Assembly: GCA_963841735.1 (NCBI GenBank)
Contig: CAWJDT010000001.1
Span: forward strand, 928,001-992,000
Length of the DNA: 64,000 nucleotides
Direction of reading: 5' to 3'
DNA from: an uncultured Actinomycetes bacterium
GTDB taxonomy: Bacteria; Actinomycetota; Thermoleophilia; RBG-16-64-13
Of this stretch, positions 60,660-64,000 are shown piece after piece (within the stretch, counting starts at the first letter, position 1; each line of letters begins with the position of its first letter). A program made the translations under genes and the position numbers. The notes beneath the pieces were generated by a model, which worked only from the letters and a program-made list of their open reading frames with translations, searched no databases and was not told the origin of the DNA.

Positions 60660-61364
60660 ATGAGGGTACCATCAAGACATGGGTACTCGGGAGCGATAGC
60701 AGCCATACTCATCTTGGTGGTGGCCGTGGTGGCCGTGGTGGCCGTGGTGGCCGTGGTGGCCGTGGTGGGTGCGGCCTGCGACGATTTGGGCGGCCCCGAT
60801 AGCACGAGCACTGCACCGACCACCAGCGCGCTCACCACCAGCGATGCGTTTGAGACCACAACCTCCGTGGGCCCGCCCACGACTATGGGTGTTTCCACAA
60901 CCGCGACGTCGCCCGGCGACACAACCACCACGGAGCCTCTCCCCAGCTCCGAGGAGATCCTGCACACCGGGAATATCGCCGCTACATGCCGCATGGTCGC
61001 GGCGGTCGAATACGGCGTACGTAGCATCAGCGTCGACTACATCGACTTTCTCACCGGCGACGCGGCTAGGGACGCGGCTATCGCCGCCGGCGAGTTGGGC
61101 CCCGGCGAGGATCTGCCCAACGACTACTACATCAGTAACAGCAATCCGAAGATCCGGGACTTCGAGGTCTCCGACTCGGTGGTCATAACTACCACAAGCC
61201 GCGGCGGTGGCCCGGACGAGCCCGCCACCTGGGCTGAGTTCATGACTTGGTTCAGTCCCTCGCCGCCGCAGGGCACGGCGCACCTTCGCGATATGCCCTG
61301 GGTGATAGAGCGCGAGGCCGGCACTGATCTGGTAGTGAGGATCGACGAGAAGTACATCCCTTAG
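60660..61364 (+). CDS. Lipoprotein with a Thr-rich linker and an unknown C-terminal domain
   Basis: GAAC lipobox and TT-rich stalk; paralog of the next gene. Confidence 0.75.
   Translation: MRVPSRHGYSGAIAAILILVVAVVAVVAVVAVVAVVGAACDDLGGPDSTSTAPTTSALTTSDAFETTTSVGPPTTMGVSTTATSPGDTTTTEPLPSSEEILHTGNIAATCRMVAAVEYGVRSISVDYIDFLTGDAARDAAIAAGELGPGEDLPNDYYISNSNPKIRDFEVSDSVVITTTSRGGGPDEPATWAEFMTWFSPSPPQGTAHLRDMPWVIEREAGTDLVVRIDEKYIP
60717..60767 (+). repeat. 9-bp tandem repeat (GTGGTGGCC) x5.7 in the signal peptide
   Basis: Perfect copies read directly; encodes (VVA)n. Confidence 0.95.
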
Positions 61365-61417
61365 ATAGCGATTGGGCCGACGATGCGAGCAGATCATCCG
61401 AGACTGGAGGTATCAGC

Positions 61418-62119
61418 ATGAAAACGACACTGCATCGCAGGTATTGGAGCTTGGTGGCGGCCGTATCCACTTTGTTGGTCATCGGAACGGCTGTGAGCTG
61501 CTCGGACCTCCCCGGCACCGAAACCACCGCGGGGGGGGACACAACCATTGTCGGTGACACCACCACCCTGGGGGTGGGCGACACGACCACGGAAGCCGTG
61601 ACCACGACCACACTCGTCCCCTCCACCACCCTTGCTCCTACTACCACCTTGCTTCCCGCTACGACCACGACCACCGAACATCTTTCCACCTCTGAAGAGA
61701 GGCTGCCGAGCGGCCACATCAAGGCCTTGGGCTTCATAAAGGATGTGTGGGTGGACGCCAGCGGGCGGCACTTGAAGATCGACTACGTGGACATCATCTC
61801 AGGCGAGGCAGCGGCGACCGCCGCGGCGATCGAGGATGGCGTCATCTTGCCGGGAGAGACCTGGGACGCGGAATTCTACGTCAACAACGACAACCCGTTT
61901 ATCCGCCCGTTCAGCATCTCCAATTCGGTCGAGATATACACTCAGTTCCGGGACCACATGGTGAACCTGGACGGAGAACCTTGCACTTGGAACGATTTCC
62001 TGAGCTTCTGGGCGCCTGGGCCCCTGTTAGAGGGTGACTCCCATCTGCCCGACTCGCTGTGGTGGATCGAGCGCGATGGTAATACCGTCGTCTGGACTAT
62101 GCAGATGTTCACGCCGTAG
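61418..62119 (+). CDS. Lipoprotein with a Thr-rich linker, paralog of 60660-61364
   Basis: AVSC lipobox, GGAGG RBS, shared DY.D, AAI..G...PGE, N.NP.IR.F and TW..F motifs. Confidence 0.75.
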   Translation: MKTTLHRRYWSLVAAVSTLLVIGTAVSCSDLPGTETTAGGDTTIVGDTTTLGVGDTTTEAVTTTTLVPSTTLAPTTTLLPATTTTTEHLSTSEERLPSGHIKALGFIKDVWVDASGRHLKIDYVDIISGEAAATAAAIEDGVILPGETWDAEFYVNNDNPFIRPFSISNSVEIYTQFRDHMVNLDGEPCTWNDFLSFWAPGPLLEGDSHLPDSLWWIERDGNTVVWTMQMFTP

Positions 62120-62201
62120 GCCTGCCGGGTCGCGCCGGGCGGGTGTCGCGAGCCAGGGCCCCCGCTGCCTGCCTGCGTCGCCCGGGCGGCCTTGTTGTTG
62201 G

Positions 62202-64000
62202 CTAGCTCCGGTTAGCCCTCTTGCGGTCCACAGCAGCCAATATGGCTTTGCGGACCCGCACCGTCTTGGGGGTGATTTCCACCAGTTCGTCGTCGGCGAT
62301 CCACTCCAGGGCCTGGTCGAGGGTCATCTCTCGTGGCACCTTGAGGCCTACGTCGATCTCCTTGTTCTCGGAGCGGTAGTTACCCAGCTTCTTGGTCTTG
62401 GTGGGGTTGCAGTCCATGTCGCCCGAGCGGGAGTGCTCGCCGATGATCATGCCGGCGTAGACTGGTTCCATGGGCGAGATGAACAGGGTGCCTCGGGCCT
62501 GGAGATTCTCCAGCGAGTACCCGGTGGCGGGCCCCTCTTCCATGCTGACCAACGAGCCTCGCTCGCGATGCGCGACATCGCCGCGCCACGGCTCATATCC
62601 AACAAAACGTGAGGCCATGATGCCGAGCCCGCGGGTGTCGGTGAGGAAGTCGCCCCGGTAGCCGATTAGTCCCCGGGTGGGGATGTTCAACTCCAACCGT
62701 ACGATCCCGGTGCCCGTGTTGTGCATGCCCACCAGGTCGCCTTTTCTCTGGGCCAGCTTCTCGATGACGATGCCTTGGTACTCATCGGGGACGTCGATGG
62801 TGAGTTGTTCCATGGGCTCTAGCACGTGGCCCTTGGCATCGGTGTGGGTGATCACCTCAGGTCTGGAGACGCAGAGTTCTACACCCTCGCGGCGCATCTC
62901 CTCGATGAGGATGCCCAGGTGCAGCTCACCCCGGCCGGAGACCTTTACCCCGTCGGGACGCCCCAGGTCTTCCACCCGCAGAGACACGTTCACTCGCAGT
63001 TCGCGGTCGAGCCTGTCCTTGATCTGCCGGAGGGTGATGGCTGTGCCATCCCGGCCGGAGAAGGGACCGTTGTTTGTCAGGAAGAACATGGAGACGGTGG
63101 GCTCCTCGATCTCCAGAGGTGGGAGCGCCGGATCGGCCATGTCTGGCTCGGAAAGCGTGTCGCCGATGGTGACGTCGGTCGGGCAGTTCATCCACACGAT
63201 GTCGCCGGCATGGATGTCGTCAACCTCCTGGCGTTCGAGGCCGCGGGTGACCCATAGGTGGGCGCTACGCGTGTTCTCGGTGCCGGTGACCTCCCAGTCG
63301 GAGTCGGTGCGCTCCTGGCCGGTCCACTGGGTGGAGGTGCGGACGAGTTCGTCGCCTCGCTTGTGTGTGCCCTCGAGCACCCGGCCGCAGCCGATGCGAC
63401 CCAGGTAGTCGCTCCAAGCCAGGGTGGAGATCTGCATGCGGAAGGGGGCTTCCATCTTCGCCTTAGGCGGAGGGACCTCATTCACAATGGTCTCGAAAAG
63501 GGCGTTCATGCCCTTGTGCGGGTCCTTGTCGGGATCGCGGACGATCCAGCCTTCCAGAGCCGAGCCGTAGACCACTGAGAAATCCGCCTGATGATCGGTG
63601 GCCCCCAGCTCGAAGAAGAGGTCAAAGGTCTTGTCCAGCGCGCCGTGTGGATCGGACTGGGGCCGGTCGACCTTGTTGACCACCACGATGGGGCGGAGCC
63701 CCAGGCGCAGGGCTCGCATGAGCACGTAGCGGGTCTGGGGCATGGGGCCTTCATTGGCGTCGACCAACAGGAGCACGGAGTCGACCATGGAGAGCACTCG
63801 CTCCACCTCTCCGGAGAAGTCGGCGTGCCCAGGAGTGTCGACGATGTTGATGAGGTATCCGTCCCATTCCACCGTGCAGTGCTTGGAGCGGATGGTGATG
63901 CCCCGCTCTCGCTCCAAGTCGTTGTTGTCCATCACGCGCTCTTCCATACGCTGGTTGTCGCGGAAGACGTGGGCCTCGCGGAAGATGGCGTCGATCAATG
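62202..64000 (-). CDS. typA: Translational GTPase TypA/BipA (5' end outside the window)
   Basis: [34 protein letters not shown] and DELVEITP motifs. Confidence 0.97.
   Translation of the reverse strand, partial: LIDAIFREAHVFRDNQRMEERVMDNNDLERERGITIRSKHCTVEWDGYLINIVDTPGHADFSGEVERVLSMVDSVLLLVDANEGPMPQTRYVLMRALRLGLRPIVVVNKVDRPQSDPHGALDKTFDLFFELGATDHQADFSVVYGSALEGWIVRDPDKDPHKGMNALFETIVNEVPPPKAKMEAPFRMQISTLAWSDYLGRIGCGRVLEGTHKRGDELVRTSTQWTGQERTDSDWEVTGTENTRSAHLWVTRGLERQEVDDIHAGDIVWMNCPTDVTIGDTLSEPDMADPALPPLEIEEPTVSMFFLTNNGPFSGRDGTAITLRQIKDRLDRELRVNVSLRVEDLGRPDGVKVSGRGELHLGILIEEMRREGVELCVSRPEVITHTDAKGHVLEPMEQLTIDVPDEYQGIVIEKLAQRKGDLVGMHNTGTGIVRLELNIPTRGLIGYRGDFLTDTRGLGIMASRFVGYEPWRGDVAHRERGSLVSMEEGPATGYSLENLQARGTLFISPMEPVYAGMIIGEHSRSGDMDCNPTKTKKLGNYRSENKEIDVGLKVPREMTLDQALEWIADDELVEITPKTVRVRKAILAAVDRKRANRS

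Overview
High-GC bacterial chromosome segment. Gene content, leaderless promoters, Thr-rich lipoproteins and an xPFTG sorting signal suggest a deep-branching actinobacterium such as Thermoleophilia (inference only). From 1 to 19 kb is a mostly minus-strand surface-glycan locus: nonulosonic-acid genes (NeuA-, NeuD- and LegC-like), WbpB/E/D-like genes, Wzx, PglC- and PglF-like enzymes, a large Wzy_C/O-ligase with a TPR-like tail next to a tiny YPFTG-anchored protein, and ugd. From 19 to 38.4 kb are housekeeping genes (amidase, LOG-family protein, MrfA/Hrq1 helicase, asd, ABC exporter, lysC, recR-ybaB-dnaX, CPA2 antiporter), a large-type SRP RNA and tRNA-Ser(GGA). Two structured ~180-bp repeats, each carrying the tRNA 3' end, lie between these two RNA genes. 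From 38.4 to 64 kb are transport and metabolic genes (5-alpha-reductase-like, HAD-AIRS fusion, MarR-MFS, aminopeptidase, gnd-pgl-zwf, CtpE-like ATPase), two ECF sigma/anti-sigma pairs, rhlE, two paralogous lipoproteins and typA. About 40-57 kb is dense in single-base frameshifts that are probably sequencing errors. No CRISPR array, transposase or integrase was seen. All calls come from manual motif recognition without database searches.
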